From Rhodosorus marinus CCMP1338 (lineage: Eukaryota; Plantae; Rhodophyta): a stretch of 64,000 nucleotides of DNA. Positions 36,526 to 51,500 of this stretch are shown here, in pieces (within the stretch, counting starts at the first letter, position 1; each line of letters begins with the position of its first letter). A program made the position numbers and the translations under genes. The stretch is taken from assembly GCA_029953675.1 (NCBI GenBank), contig JAMWBK010000002.1, positions 744,001 through 808,000 on the forward strand, given 5' to 3'. The notes under the pieces were generated by a model, which ran no database searches, was not told the DNA's origin, and saw nothing but the letters and a program-made list of their open reading frames with translations.

Positions 36526-39500
36526 ATGGTGAGGAAGCTAAATTTTGTGGCGCAAGCGCAGGCGCTAATGAACCCGTCTCTGGGTAAGGACGATCCCAGA
36601 ACTAGACGGTCCGGCTGAGAAAAGCCGAATCCGCCAGATCGCTAAAGGTCTGTTTTGTTGTGAACCTCATAGCTCCTGAAGAAAGACTCAAGCTGGTTAA
36701 CGAGGTTCGAGAAAACATCGAAGTTGGCCATAGTCCCGAATATGCGCTCTTTCTTCAGTCGATGTTCCCGGCGCTTCGACGAGTGCTCGAAGAGATAACA
36801 AAGCCGCAGTTCGTCGACGGCCCCGTTCAGAAGACCCGTCATCTTGTTCTTGACATCCTTCATCGGGTGCCATACAACGAGGTGCTTCTTTGCCAATTTT
36901 GATTCTGTTCTCGATCAGACGTACTTATGTATGTATGTTTTTGTTGTTTCTCAGGTTTTTCGTCAGTATGTTAGACCCCTAGGACAGCTCGCCATGAGCA
37001 TGCTACAAAAGGAGAACGAAGAGAATGCAGTCATATGTCTGCGAATAATTTTCGACCTATACAAGAGCTTTAAGCAGTCGTTGAAAGAACAGGTTCAGGC
37101 GTTTCTTACGTTTGTATGCACATTGTACAATAATTTTCCGCGTACAGTGGAGATCAACCTTGGGAACAGTTCGCAGGGGCATTCATCGGAGGGTAAAATA
37201 GCCAAGAGCACGGAGTCGTTCAAAGTCATGATTGAGTGTCCCATGATCGTGATGGTTTTACTGCAGCTGTACCAAGATCTGCTGATGCAGCCCAGCATCA
37301 AGATACTCCTCCCACTAATGATTAAGACGATTGAGATTAGAGCGCCGCATGGCGCTGCGAATAAGAAGGCTGTATACCAGGAGTTCATCGCAGCACAGGT
37401 GCGAAGAAGTCGTCCGGAGTTGTTTTGGTAGCTCCGTTGATACTGAAATGTACTGCTCTGCAGGTGAAAACTGTGTCGTTTCTGTCGTACTTGTTGAGAC
37501 ACTTTCGCGAGTTGATGGATCAGTACAAAGTGACGATACCGAAATCAATTGTCCAAGTGCTCGCCGCTTGTCCGGGCGATGCGGTGGCCAGCAGGAAGGA
37601 GCTATTAGTAGCAACCAAGCACATCCTCAACACTGAATTTCGACAAGTCAGCGCTTGCTTCAATTAATTTATTTAGGCCTCGAACTATGATACCAAAGCT
37701 AATCGCGGATCGCTTCGGTGTCGCAGGGTTTTTACGATCAAATCCAGATGTTTCTAGACGAGAAGGTGCTGATTGGTACTGGTCGAGCTGCGTACGAAAC
37801 ACTGAGACCACTGGCGTATTCGTTCTTGGCGGAGCTCGTACATCATGTACGGTCTGCTCTTAACCATAATCAGTTCAGCCTTATCATCTATATTTTTTCG
37901 ACGAATGTGCACGATCCATCGCTGAGCTACGTTATTAAGACGACCTCAGTCCGGCTTCTTGCAAACCTTGTGGAAAGCATCTATCACAAATCAGATATGA
38001 AAGATGAGGAAAAGCGACAGCTTCTAGTTCGGATTGTTGACACGATCGTCAACAAGTACTCGTCAATGACCGTCCAAGTAAGCTTGCTTGTAAACAGTTT
38101 CGAAATTTCCGTTCCTACTCAGCACGGAGCTGCTTTTGTTATTTGAAAGGTTCCGAGAATTCTTAAGCGAATCGAGGACAGCAAGAAGCCCGAAAGCAAA
38201 GACAGTAGGCTGCTGCCGCTCACTGAAGAACCGCTCACAGATCCGCTGAGAGAATTGAACGACGCAAAGCAGCTCCTAAAGGCGCTAACACTCGGCCTTA
38301 AAACGGTGAGTCTTAGTTTCTTTGTTTTCTGTTTTTATTCAAAAACTTTTTGTTTCTATGTATCTAACAAGACTTTTCGAACCCCAGGTTGTTTGGAGTG
38401 TCAACAACCTTACACTACCGACACAATCAGGAGTCCCTTCTCGACACAAAAAGGGGCTGCTCGAGGAAGAATGCGTCATGCTCGCGAAGATGATGACTTC
38501 TGTACCTGAGTGCTTCAAGCTGTACGGTACGACTAGAACTTGACTGGAAGCTGCAAGGTAGGGGCGGACTAACCTAGAATGGAGTTTTACGGATTGATTT
38601 TTTACCGCTGTTCCAGGCTATCGAAGCGGTGATGAAGAAACAAAAGCGCGAGAGGAGAAAGAAATTTTGGACAATTTCGCCCTCGTCTTCACCTATATCG
38701 AACCGAGAAACTTCCAAGATATCTTCGGGTCCAGAATGCAACAGCTATATGAATACATGGTCTACAACGCAGCTGCGTTAACGATTCCTCAGCGTTTCCT
38801 CGCATATCCCAACATTTCGAAGTTTTTCGCGGATATTTTGTTGAACTTCCTAGTCAAGAAACTGCCCAACCTATCGGTCTCTGAAAAGACTGAAGCCGAG
38901 CAAAAGACCATTTCGCGACTTTTCAAAATGGTGTTTGCTTCTGGTAAGCATACTCCCACGATTTGAGCATCCTCTCCTGTTCTCAGTACAACCCTTCCTC
39001 GTCTGTTCACCAGTGCAAATCATGACGGCGGAAAATGAACCCGTTTTAAAGCTGCATCTTTCTTCTATTGTTCACGGGTGCATTCGACATTCGACGTCGT
39101 CAGAAGATCCAATTAATTGGCTGAATCTGCTTAGAGCATTATTTAAGAGTTTGAGAGGAGGAAAATACGATCTCTCGTGCAAGGAGTTTGTTCCGCTTCT
39201 AGTACCTGTCCTGGAAGCCTTGACAAAATTGCTTAGGAGCCCGCATGGGGTAGCGAACAGGTGCGTGTTTGTCGTAGTGCAACCCATTGACAGTCCTGGT
39301 CATGATTCTCATAAACCTTTGTCCACGATCTTAGGGATCTGCTCATCGAGCTGATTCTTATCGTGCCGGCGAGGCCGAGCACGATCTTGCCACACCTGGC
39401 GAAGTATCACATAAAGGCGATAATAGCTGCTCTTCAAGCTGGGAATGATCTCGTCGTGTCCCTGGGCTTGACAACTTTGGAGTTCTGGATCGACAACCTT

Positions 39501-42500
39501 CAACCAGAGTTTCTCGCGTCAGCCCTGGAAAGCGTTGAGAAGGGTTTAATGACAGAGTTGTGGCGACTTTTGAAGCCTGGTGTCGGACAGTACAGGCAGC
39601 CCGTACTCCGAATATTGGGAAAACTGGGTGGCAGGAATCGGAGGTACATGATCTTAGACATTGGTTGCTTCATGGAAGTGGCAATGGTGCACGTGAGGTT
39701 AAGCTTTTGCGCGTATCGTTTCTGGAACTGTCGCTTTTCTCATAGGATTGCGTCCGAATTGCATGCCGTGAAGTGCAGGGAAATACCGGAGAGTAGAATT
39801 GGTTTGTTGCTTTCTTGGACTAATGGGACTGATTTTAAAGTGGACGTCGACACGGTTGCCGAGACTTGCGTGTCGATTATATTGGATGGTGTAGAGGACG
39901 ATCGGAGGAAGTTCGCTGTGCTCGAGAAGCACGCAGCGTTTGAAATACTCCAAGTACTTGCATCCTTGTTCGTTGGGGGAGGAACTGAAGGCAGAGCTCT
40001 TCGTCGGCCATCAAGTCAGAAGGTAGGTAACTGGTTCGCACCAAACGCTGAGCAGAAAAGTCGATTAACAATGATTTGCGCAACCATGCGTGAACACTCT
40101 AGGGTAATGGAACACTGGTAAAGGTGGCTTCCCGAGACAGGCGTAGTGTAGACCATGGGCTTGTGAAGAGTGTTTTCCACGCTTTGCTCGTTGCTTGTGG
40201 CGATGGAGAAGTGGAATACGATGAAGAAGCAAAGACGTTTGTGAAAAACTTGTGCACACACTTTGCTTCTCTTCACGTTTTGCAACTAGCCGGTTCCAGT
40301 CGGCCAGCGGTAGGTGTAACTGTGCAACATCCAATTGCTTCCTGCTCATATTAGCGGTTTGCTTTTAAGCTGCTCATGTTGGCGGTTTGCTTTGAGCTGA
40401 GTCAGTCATTATCTTGGCTCTGCCAATTCGCATAGGCCTTTTTGCCAATAGCCACTGTTTCGGGAAGCTTCTCCGATAGCTCTGACCTAGATCCGGATAT
40501 GTTCCTGGATGCGTTGGTCGCGAGTGCTTGTTCGGAGGCTAGGGAGCACGCCGCAGAAGGCATAGCAAATTTGACAGTATTCGTGGAAGCGATGCTCGAC
40601 GAGGGCTCCAGTGCTTCTTGCCTGCCAGGAATTGGGGCTCTTCTGGGTCGACTTAGTCACTGCTGTTATCAAGCTGATTGGCGTGCCAGGTGGGCTGGAG
40701 TAGTAGGTATGGAAAGCCCACGATATCGTAAATTTTTTCTTGGCTTTGCTTCCTCACGGGTACGATTGTGAAGCTATTCACCTCACCTCCCAATGCTGAT
40801 TCTCATCTTCTGAACTGTAGGCATCAGAAAACTCCTGCCGCTGTGCCCGAAAGAGTTGTTCGCCCTCCGAAATGGGATTTGGGGCGAAGCCAACCTCATA
40901 AGGTCCTTGTTAAACGTCATGAAATATTCATATGCAGAGTATCTTGGACCGATCACCCCCGAAGCTAAAGAAGCCGTAAAAGATGTTTTGCGGAACAAGC
41001 GACAGTACGAAGGGGACGAGCGGACCCGCTTGAGGAGGGAATTAGCGAATTCCTTAGCCGTTGAGGTAGTAATTCACCAGTTATCAATAGTCAACGACAT
41101 CGTGACTGAAACAAGTCCTTTTCTTCATTAAGCTGTGCTCTGAGTCCGAGGACGTTAGGGAGTGTGCTGAGTCCGGTTTGCAGTTGTTAGCTGAGCTTGA
41201 GAATCAGCGAACGAGTGCTGTTCTTCAGCTTGTCAAAGACCAAATTCTGCGTTCGTTTACGAAGCGACCGCTTCGAACGTTGCCCTGGTTGAATCAAATA
41301 GGTCAAGTGAGTGCGTTGACGTTCTGTGTCCGACATCGACCTATGTTCGCCAACGAGATGGTTAGCGTGAACCCTACCACTCCCCGTGCAATTTTCACCG
41401 GTGCTCTTGAGATTTTGGAGGACTCGACGGTCGCGAATCTGGTAGAAGTTGAGGATGCCAAGGTTAACTACCTTGTGGACAAGAATTTCGTGGCCCTTAA
41501 TACGGTTAGCTTGCTTCTGCCTTTACGGCTGAAGTGCGTTGAACTTCTTTGTGAAGTGACGGCGTCCTTCCCGAAGCTTCGATTGTCGGACTCGCAGAAC
41601 GAAGAGCTGCACCAAAAAATGCTCACTGTTTTCTTCCATTCGCTGCAATCCCGAAGAGAGCCTATTGTGAAAGTTGCAAAACAGGCGCTGAAAAACGTTA
41701 TTGAGCACGATAACCTCCAGAAGAACTTGTTGGCCACCAACCTAAGGCCGATTCTCTTCAAGCTGGGCGATCCAAGCAAGCTAAATGTACAGTATCTTCA
41801 GTGCCTGGCGGGGGTTCTGGAGACTTTATCTCATTGGTTTAACGTGATGTTGGGAGACAAGCTCTTGCAGCACTTGAAGTACTGGACAGATGCGGCTGCT
41901 GCTGTAAATAGAAGGCAAGCTCCCGATCCGTTGGTAGCAGCTGCTATCCTGGACCTTCTCCACCTGCTCCCTCCGCAAGCGAACACGTTTCTGGAGAAGA
42001 TGGTGCACAGCGTGATTAAGCTCGAGCAGTATGTGTGATGGAGAACGCTCCCGGACTTTCGTTAGAGTATTCGTTTTGGTTTGAGTGTTTGACCTGGCTC
42101 ACTCTTATATTTCATTCTTTCCCTAGGCTCTTGGACAACGCTAGACCTGGTGCGGCACATTTAGGTTTGAAAGGAAGGGATGCTGCCAGCACGAGCCCGT
42201 ACCGGGAACCCCTGCTGAAGTTCTGCAACGTCCATGCAGAAGAAGCATGTCAGTTTTTCCTGCAGAGGGAGTCAGGGCAAATCCGGCATCTGTTTTTGTG
42301 TCTCATATCCGCGGATGATGCTGGACCTTTGAGACTCAAGCTTGAGCAAAAGAAGAAGGATATCATTCAGCTGATGCGACCACGAAGTGAAGGACCGTCC
42401 AAGTCATCAATTTATGGCTTGAAGATCATTGAAGCTATTTCGAGGGAAAATCCCGAGTGGCTCGGGAACAATAGAGACGTGTTCGACTGCCTGCTTCTTA

Positions 42501-45500
42501 CGTGGAGATCGCAGGAGAGACAGGAAAGACTGAAAAGGGAGGAGATACTGCCCTTGGAGCAGTTAAGAGAGTCGGAGATGTTGGCTCAATGCTTTCTACG
42601 ATACTGTCGACGACACCATGAGGAAGTGTCTGTTTTGTTCACAATCCTGAGCGTATTTTCTATTCGATCCCGGAGCGATTTCACCTTCATTAAGGACTAT
42701 TACATGGACTACATCCCAGAGCACTATTCGGTTCAGCACAGAAAGGAAATCGTCGTGTGTTTCTTAGGACTGTATATGGACTCAACTGTACCGCATGAAG
42801 AGAAGGTATGTGTGCATTCCGGACCGGCCAGCTACGCTCTTATCTTCGCAGATATCTTAGTTGTACCACTTTTCCGTTTCTCTATGTAGGTGCACGCATT
42901 GCAGTTTCTTATTATTCCTATGCTGGAGAAGTCTTTCAAGGCAGGCGAGACCAGTTCAATATTGGACGAGGAAATCATCGGGAGGATTGTTCGGGACTTG
43001 CTTGTGTTTCGCGGTCTTAATGCGACTGATGAGTATCTCAGCGCGGAACTTCTCCAGCTCTCGATTTTGGTCATGCAGTATATGCCCAACGAGTGCCAAC
43101 AGCATAGGAAGGACTTGATCAGTCTCGGCTGGAATCATTTGAAGAAGGACAATATAACCGCAAGGAATTGGGCCTTTTTGAGTGTGTCAAGGTGAGCTCT
43201 CAGAAGCTTTGTCCGTTGAGCGGAAGCGGGGCTCGTGTGAATACGGAATACTGACTTGTGGTTGGGACCGTGGACGCCAGGTTCTTTATTGCGTACACTG
43301 CTCCTGACAAGGTCATTTTGCAAGTCTATTATGCTCTTCTCCGCGCTTTCCAGCCCGAAGGCAGAGCTCGCGTTAGACAGGCTCTTGACGTCCTTGTCCC
43401 GGCACTCCCTCATAAGCTGCCACATGATCGAAAGGAGAACAAGTACCCAATTTGGATCAGATACACAATGAGAGTGATGGTTGAGGAAGGACATTCGATT
43501 CAGAACCTTATTCACATCTATTATCTTATCGTACGGCATGGGGACCTCTTCTATGGTTCGAGAGCACAATTTGTTCCTCAGATGCTTTCAAAGTTAAACC
43601 ATCTGACGTCGACGAACTTCCAGTCACCGGAAAACCGACGGCTCGCCTTGGATATGACGAAACTCATTCTCGACTGGGAGGAGAAGCAAATCGATCAATC
43701 GGCAACGGGAACAGCTCAAGGATCAGATGGCGCTGTGCTGGGCAGCAAACGAGACCGAGATGAAGACGAGGCGAAAGCAGCTGACCCAGCTGCAAAGCTA
43801 AGACGAACGGATGCGAACGAACACCCGTCAACAGCTTCGACTTCCGACCAAGAAGCGAAAGGGAAAGCGCAGATTACGAAACCTTCAAGGCAGGCTTGTG
43901 GGACCCGTGAGGTAGAAGCTGCGGCAGCAAAAGAAAGCACCGCACAGGTGAATTCTGAAAGCAAGCCCAAGCCAGCCGAGCTTGCTCCTGCCAAAACGGA
44001 AAGAGGTGCGGAGGCGAATCCCTCCACTGCTGAGGAGGAGTTTAAGCTCTCGGAATTTATGGTGGACAAGCTGTTGTCGTCTCTGATTTCGGTGATGCTG
44101 CTCAAGTCGGATTTGAGGGAAAGGAATCTAATCGCGGAAAGATGCAAGGTGCTGATACAGAGGGCTTTGCGTTTGTGGCCAAAGACTCCAGTAAGCTTGA
44201 ATAGTCGGGTTGAAAAGTTGCTGGCGCCGACACCAGAGGCTCAAATTAAGGGTAAACTGCTGAAGGCAGAACCAACGGGACAGACTCAAGGATCTAGGGG
44301 TGTCCCACAACCTGGTGCTGGAAGAGGAGCCCAAGTTCAAAACGTTATGAACGTCCCTTCCCGAGTGGCGACGACCACGACAACACCGAGAGTGGGAATG
44401 CAACAAAAGACTAGTCCTGACACATCGAGATCAGCGCAGTCGGAGGCTAAATCTGAAGCTCATTCGCGTAATGACCTTCAAGAGAAGCGCCTAGCATTGA
44501 AAATCGTACTCGACGTTAGCCACGTGTTGATTGACCATCAAGCGGCGCTGTTTGTCAAAGTGAATGCGGACGCGATAAAGGCAATGGTCAAAGCTGCAAT
44601 GATCAGTGGAGTAGTCCCACTGGTCGATTCATCGTGCTCGCTTCTCGAGAGGGTTTTGGAGGCGTGCCCGCCCGTAAAGGCAGACCTCTCTGAGGCAATT
44701 TGCAAGGACATCGCATCGAATCTTAGCAAGTGCTTGAAAGGCGCGGACAAGGTTGGGGTGTACGCGAGTTTGAAAATCCTTACCATTTTCCAACAAGCTT
44801 ATCCACGCGTTGTTGGATTGCACCTAAGCGAGCTGGAGAACATACATAGCACTCTTTCTGATGGTGTGAGGCCCCTCCCTAGAAGTCAAACTGAGTCGCA
44901 TCAAGTCGCTGCCGCTAAGAGTCGAACAACAGAAAAGGAGAAGCTCGAGGCGAAACTGGATTGCGACTGCCTCTGCATGTGTATGTCGCTGCTTAGCTCC
45001 TGCTTGCAGACGCACGCCGAATCGAAGAAGAAGTTCTTCAAGAACCTTTTCAACGTTATCGAGAAGTGCAACAATGTTGCGGTTTTAATCGAGGTTGTGA
45101 AGCTCATCAGCAAGTGGGTGGAGATACGGCCTGGCAGCGAAGGCGATTATTTTTCTGTCAAAGAAAAGTCCCAACTTTTGTTGAGGACGAGCGTTTTCGA
45201 GAGGCTCCCGGCTCCAGAAGCAGGTGAGCTCCAAACTGCGTGCTTGATGATCGTCTATCGGATATTTGGAGGTGAGGGTGAGGAGAAGAAGAGGACAGAG
45301 TTGATGAGCAAACTGGAGCGCTATTTCATGCTCGGGCTTCGAAGCTCGGATCTCGATACTCGACGAAAGTTCCTGGCGATGTTTGGTGAAACGGTGCGGG
45401 CGAGCCCGACGAATCACATTGAATACATAATTTTGCACCAGGAATGGCAGCCACTGCGGGATTCCTTTTGGATCGAGCAAGCAACAGAATTGCTTCTGCT

Positions 45501-48500
45501 GGAAGTAAGCCAGGGGTCGCTCAAACTGGAAACCGGCTTTCCGTCGTTCCCGGCAGGCGCACAGTCGGAATCGGAGAAGTTGATGACAACGATGCTGTTG
45601 GAATCGAGTAAGCCGGCCGACCTGAACGCGATGTTAATGAAATCGCTGCGGAGCTTAGTACAGGTCAATCCGAGCATTGCGCATCAAACTTGGATTCAAC
45701 TATTTCCTAGAGCATGGGAAAACTTGGAGGTGAGGACCCAGAACCTCTTGTTTCTCCAAGCAGACATCCCTAAGTTTTCTTCTTGGTATTTCCGAACAGG
45801 AACCGGTGTTGTCCAATTTGGAGAGGGGGCTTTGCCAGCTGCTTGCCAAGGAGTATCACGGAAGTCAAATGAATCGTGACCGAAACGTTATCCAGTCCTG
45901 GCTTGAGGGCTTGATTCGATTGGACCGTCCCCCAGTGCTGGATGCGAATCTTATTGCTCACCTAGCCCAGCGGTTCAACTCGTGGCATTGTGGTTGTCAA
46001 TTGCTAGAGAAACAATTGGCAGGGAATCCTTCCGACACTGACCGGGAGAATCTACAAGATGCTCTCTGCTCCCTACTTACGCAGTTGAATGAAGGTGACC
46101 TGGTAGCGGGTATTTGGAAGCAAAGAGCCAACGTTCCGGAAACGAGCTCTGGTTTGATATCCCAACTGACAGGGGATCATTCAGCCGCACAGGATTACTT
46201 CCTGGAGGTAAGGTCCATATAGTGCTGAAAGTGTCATTCCTATTTCTTAGCGGAATTTGTGCACTTGCATATTGTTGTCAGGCCATGGGAAAGGCGCAGA
46301 ATGGGCGACTTGCAAAGGATGCAAAGAAGGCCGAAGTCTTTTTGTGGGAAGAGCGATGGATCGAAAGCGCGAAGCAAATGTCTCAGTGGGATATGCTAAC
46401 CGAGTTTTCGCGCTCAGTCACTCATGCAAGCTTATTGCACGAGTGCTTATGGCGCATTCCAGAGTGGGCAGCACTTCGGGAGCTGACTTTCAAACATACG
46501 ATTGAAGACGATACGCAGCTCAGAATTTATCAAGCTTACTATCACTTGCAAGAAAACAAAGGGGATTATGCTGACCAATCCAACTCGAACAAGATTGATT
46601 ACGTAGAGCAGTCCATCGCGAGAGGGATGCAGAAGGCGTTGTATCATTGGACTTCACTTCCGCAAGGCAGTGGAATTGATCCGTTCATTCCATCGTTGGT
46701 GAAGTTTCAGCAACTCGTTGAGCTTCATGAAAGCAGTAAGATTCTAAGCGAGATGAACACCTATCTACAACCAGAAGCAAACTCGGAAAAGCCGATTGAC
46801 AACATTCGAAACTACTTTGCGATGTGGCGGGAGCGGTAATGAACGAACGCCGATGGCTTTAATCTTTGTCTTACTGCAGCCTGTTCTAAGCACTCTTGAA
46901 CTCTCTCCTACGCGCCATAGGATGCCCAACACGTGGGATGAGCCGCTCGTGTGGAGCGACTTGCTCACATGGCGCCATCATGTTTACACCGCTATAACCA
47001 ACTCAATTCAGGCCCTAAAGGATAGCGGGCTGCGGGACTATAATCAGTCGATCATGAGTTTAAGCGTCAATGAGACCGCGCATAGTGTGAACTCCTTCGC
47101 CCGGATGTGCCGTAAGCAGAACCTGCTGGATTGTTGCATCAATGCCCTGCAAGGGTTTTACCCGTATCGGAGCATGCACTACGACGACCTCTTGGTGAAG
47201 ACAAAGCAGCAAGTGAAGGCGTACTTACATGGTGAGTTCTTTCCTTACGAGCGGGCATTCAGAACCAATGCTTACGGAGGATTCTACTTGCAGGCCCCCA
47301 AAACGTGGATAACCCGTTGCAAACTGGACTGAATTTGATCAGCACGAGCGCAGTCGATCGTCTTAGTAAGCGACAGACTGCTCAGTTGTTTGCTCTGAAG
47401 GGTGACCTGTGCCGCGCGTTGGGAAATAGCGAGGAGGCAAACCAAGCTTACGCAACCGCTACCACCACCGCGCCGGAGCAGGCATCTGGCTGGTTTGCTT
47501 GGGCTCAGCATTGTGATCGCGTATATGTGGAGAATAGAAGCGACTTGTCATGGGCAGAGGCTGCCTCTGTGTGCTACTTTCAATCTGTCCGCTTTGGGTC
47601 TAGGAGGGGAAGGTATTGTCTAGCACAGTCGAATTGCTTTGCCTAGGAATTTTTGTAGCCGCAGCGCTGAGGCGATTCTCTCTTTATGCAATAGGCGGCA
47701 CTTGTCTCGAGTTTTGAACTTCCTATCGCAAGGTGCTGATGTGCGCCGATCAAAGAAGGGCCCTGACAGAGGAAAGGACGCTTCTGTTGGGGTTCCGTCC
47801 TTTGCAAACCAAACCCCACAGCAGACTGCCGAAGATCCTAAGGACATTGAGAAGGGTGCAGATGGAGGAGGAATATTTGTCGTATTTGAACGTTTCCAGG
47901 ATGTACTACCACCTTGGGTATGGTTGCCATGGATACAACAGTTGATTCCCATGCTTGCGAGAGGAGAAGCCCTGCAAGCACGAGCCATACTTATCCGCGT
48001 CGCTCAGCAATATCCGCAGGCAATTTTTTACCAGCTCAGGGCATTTTCGGAGGAATACAAGCCTGCAGGGCGCGCGACGCCCGGGTTTACCGCTGAAGCT
48101 TTGAATGCGCCGAGGGCGAACACTCAGTACTTGCTCCCCAGTGCATCGCAATCAAAACGAGGGGAGAGCCTGCAAACTGCCCAGCAGGATGCAGCAAAGT
48201 CGAAGGAGAATGCGGCGAAAAGCTTACAAACGCAGCAGGCAGCTGTGCGGGCCGTCAAGAGTGCCGAGAATATGAAGGGGGCTGCAGCGGCAAAGGCGCA
48301 GAAGCAGTTAGAGGAGTTAGCCAAAAAGAGACAGGAATTGCAAAGAAAAGCGCAAGAGGATCAAAAGAAGCTCCAGGAGCTTACCAGACAGGAAGGAAAG
48401 TTGGCAGAGTCAGCGGCTTCTATGAACGTTGCCGCCAAGACTCCGTTTGATCATGCAGACGTTATTCTGGCACAGCTCGTGAGGCACAATTCTCAAACCC

Positions 48501-51500
48501 TCTACTTTGAGCTAGAGGCAATCTGCCAGCACATGGCGGAAAGGTTGAAGCCGGTCGCGGAAGAAACACTCCTGGGTCTCATGAACGCGTTACTGCATAG
48601 ATGCTATCATTTGCAAGCGCCAGGAAAGGAGGTCGGGCAACCGTTGAGGACTGCCCTGGAGGAGGTTTCAAGAATGTACTTTGGCACTCATACGCAGAGG
48701 TCGACAGCCGGAGCTCCACACAACGTTCAGGGACTGCGGACCGGCAGTCCCCAAGCGCAGGCAGCAGGGCACCCACCTTCTGCTAAAATCCCTCGAACTG
48801 ATGTAGCCAATGGGCGGCCAATGGAACCTATTCAGCATGAGTCCAAGGTGGAGGCGACCTTGGTGCCCTCAGCCCGAGAGCAACCCGGAACCGCGCAGCA
48901 GCCCGGGCAGAATCTCCCGCCTGGTTCGTCGACCACTGGGGCAAATTCGACCTCTGCACAGCCGGCTGCGGGAATGCATAGACCTCAGCTTATGCGGACA
49001 ACTCAAGCAATAACGCAAGGCGTTGGGCTCGCGGCTCCTGTTCTGGCAGTGGAAGCAGCCCAGAAATCTGCACAGGCTCAGCGGAGATTCCCGGCAACAC
49101 AACCAACGCAGACAACAAAGGCTCTGCAAGGAACGCAGGTGCCGCAAGCGATGCGCGGACCGCAGGCAATGCAGTCGAACGTGCCCATGGGAGCACAAGC
49201 TCAACAAGCTCAACAAGCTCAACAAGCTCAACAAGCTCAACAAGCTCAACAAGCCGAACAACTTCAACAAGTTCAACAAGCTCAACAAGTTCAACAAGCT
49301 CAACAAGCTCAACGGGCTCAACAAGCTCAACAAGCTCAACAAGCTCAACAAGCGCAACAAGCTCAACAAGCCCGGCAGCCACCGCCAACGCAGCCAACAC
49401 AGCCAACACAGCCAACGCAGCCAACGCAGCCGACGCAACCAACGCAGCCGACGCAGCCAACGCAGCCGACGCAGCCAACGCAGCCAACGCAGCCAACGCA
49501 GCCAACGCAGCCAACGCAGCCAACGCAGCCAACGCAGCCAACGCAGCCAACGCAGCCAACGCAGCCAACGCAGCCAACGCAGCCAACGCAGCCAACGCAG
49601 CCAACGCAGCCAACGCAGCCAACGCAGCCAACGCAGCCAACGCAGCCAACGCAGCCAACGCAGCCAACGCAGCCAACGCAGCCAACGCAGCCAACGCAAC
49701 CGTTGCAGCCACCGCAGCCAACGCAACCGTTGCAGCCACCGCAACCAATGCAGCCACTGCCACCAACGCAGCCACCGCAGCCAGCGTCACCAACGCAGCC
49801 AACGCAAGCAGCGTCACCAGCGCAGCCAACGCAAGCAACGCAGCCAGCGCAGCCAGCGCAGCCAGCGCAGCCAACGCAGGAATCGCAGGTACCAGAGCCA
49901 TGGCAGCCAACGCAACCACAGCCAGCACCACCGGTGCCAGAACATTCGCAGTCAGAGGGCGGGCAAGAACAAGAGACAGCACAGATACAGAACGCGAAGG
50001 AAGCACCGCAGCCATCGGCACCAACGGCACCAACACCAGCAACGCCGTCACGGCAGCCAGCGCCAACCCAGCCGACGCCTGCAACAGCAACACCTGCTAG
50101 AGCAACGCCTGCACCAGCAACGCCTGCACCAGCAACGCCTGCACCAGCAACGCCTGCACCAGCAACGCCTGCACCAGCAACGCCTGCGACAGCAACGCCT
50201 GCGACAGCAACGCCTGCAACCGCAACGCCTGCAACCGCAACGCCTGCAACCGCAACGCCTGCAACCGCAACGCCTGCAACCGCAACGCCTGCAACCGCAA
50301 CGCCTGCAACCGCAACTCCTGCAACGGCAACGCCTGCAACGGCAACGCCCGCAACGGCAACGCCTGCAACGGCAACGCCCGCAACGGCAACGCCTGCAAC
50401 AGCAACGCCTGCAACAGCAACGCCTGCAACAGCAACGCCTGCAACAGCAACGCCTGCAACCGCAACGCCTGCAACCGCAACGCCTGCAACCGCAACGCCT
50501 GCAACCGCAACGCCTGCAACCGCAACACCGGCAACAGCAACGCCTGCAACAGCACCGCCTACAACAGCAACGCCGTCACAGCAGCCAGCACCAACCCAGC
50601 CGACGCCTGCAACCGCAACGCCCGCACTAGCAACGCCTGCAACCGCAACGCCTGCAACCGCAACGCCTGCAACCGCAACGCCTGCAACCGCAACGCCTGC
50701 AACAGCAACGCCTGCAACCGCAACGCCTGCAACCGCAACGCCTGCAACCGCAACGCCTGCAACCGCAACGCCTGCAACCGCAACGCCTGCAACCGCAACG
50801 CCTGCAACCGCAACACCGGCAACCGCAACGCCCGCGACCTCAACACCTGCAACCGCCATACCTGCAACCGCAACGCCCGCGACCGCAACACCTGCAACCG
50901 CAACGCCCGCGACCGCAACACCTGCAACCGCCATACCTGCAACAGCAACGCCTGCAACAGCAACGCCTGCAACAGCAACGCCTGCAACAGCAGCAACAGT
51001 AACGCCTGCAACGACAACGCCAGAAACGGCAACGCCTGCAACAGCAACGCTTGCAACAGCAACGCCTGCAACAGCAACGCTTGCAACAGCAACGCCTGCA
51101 ACGACAACGCGTACAACAGCAACACCTGCAACAACAACGTCTGTAACAACAACGCCTGCAACAACAACGTCTGTAACAACAACGCCTGCAACAACAACGC
51201 CTGCAACAGCAACGCCTGCATTCCAGCCACAGCATCCAATACCGAGTCATGAGCAAAACGAGCCCAACGCCGGAGGAAGGAGCGTCCCGGTAACGAAGGC
51301 TTCTGAGATGGGAGTCGCGCCAGCTCGTGCAGCGACAGGGACTCAACTTGCGGAGCAGAATGTCTCGCGTCTTACACCCTACCAGAAGGAGGGAGCGGAG
51401 CCTGAGGGGCTAGGGCAAACAGTCGGCAGAAGAAATCTGCCAGCACATCGAAGCGCATCGTTACAAGGACACGGAGCACAATTGCAAGGGCAGTCTGGTC

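Noticed and set aside
48869-51346. Long antisense and alternative-frame ORFs (RWL, ALA, VAG/CVG, LQA, QR repeats)
   Set aside because: Shadow frames of the TRRAP coding repeats; only the + frame is continuous with conserved TRRAP sequence.
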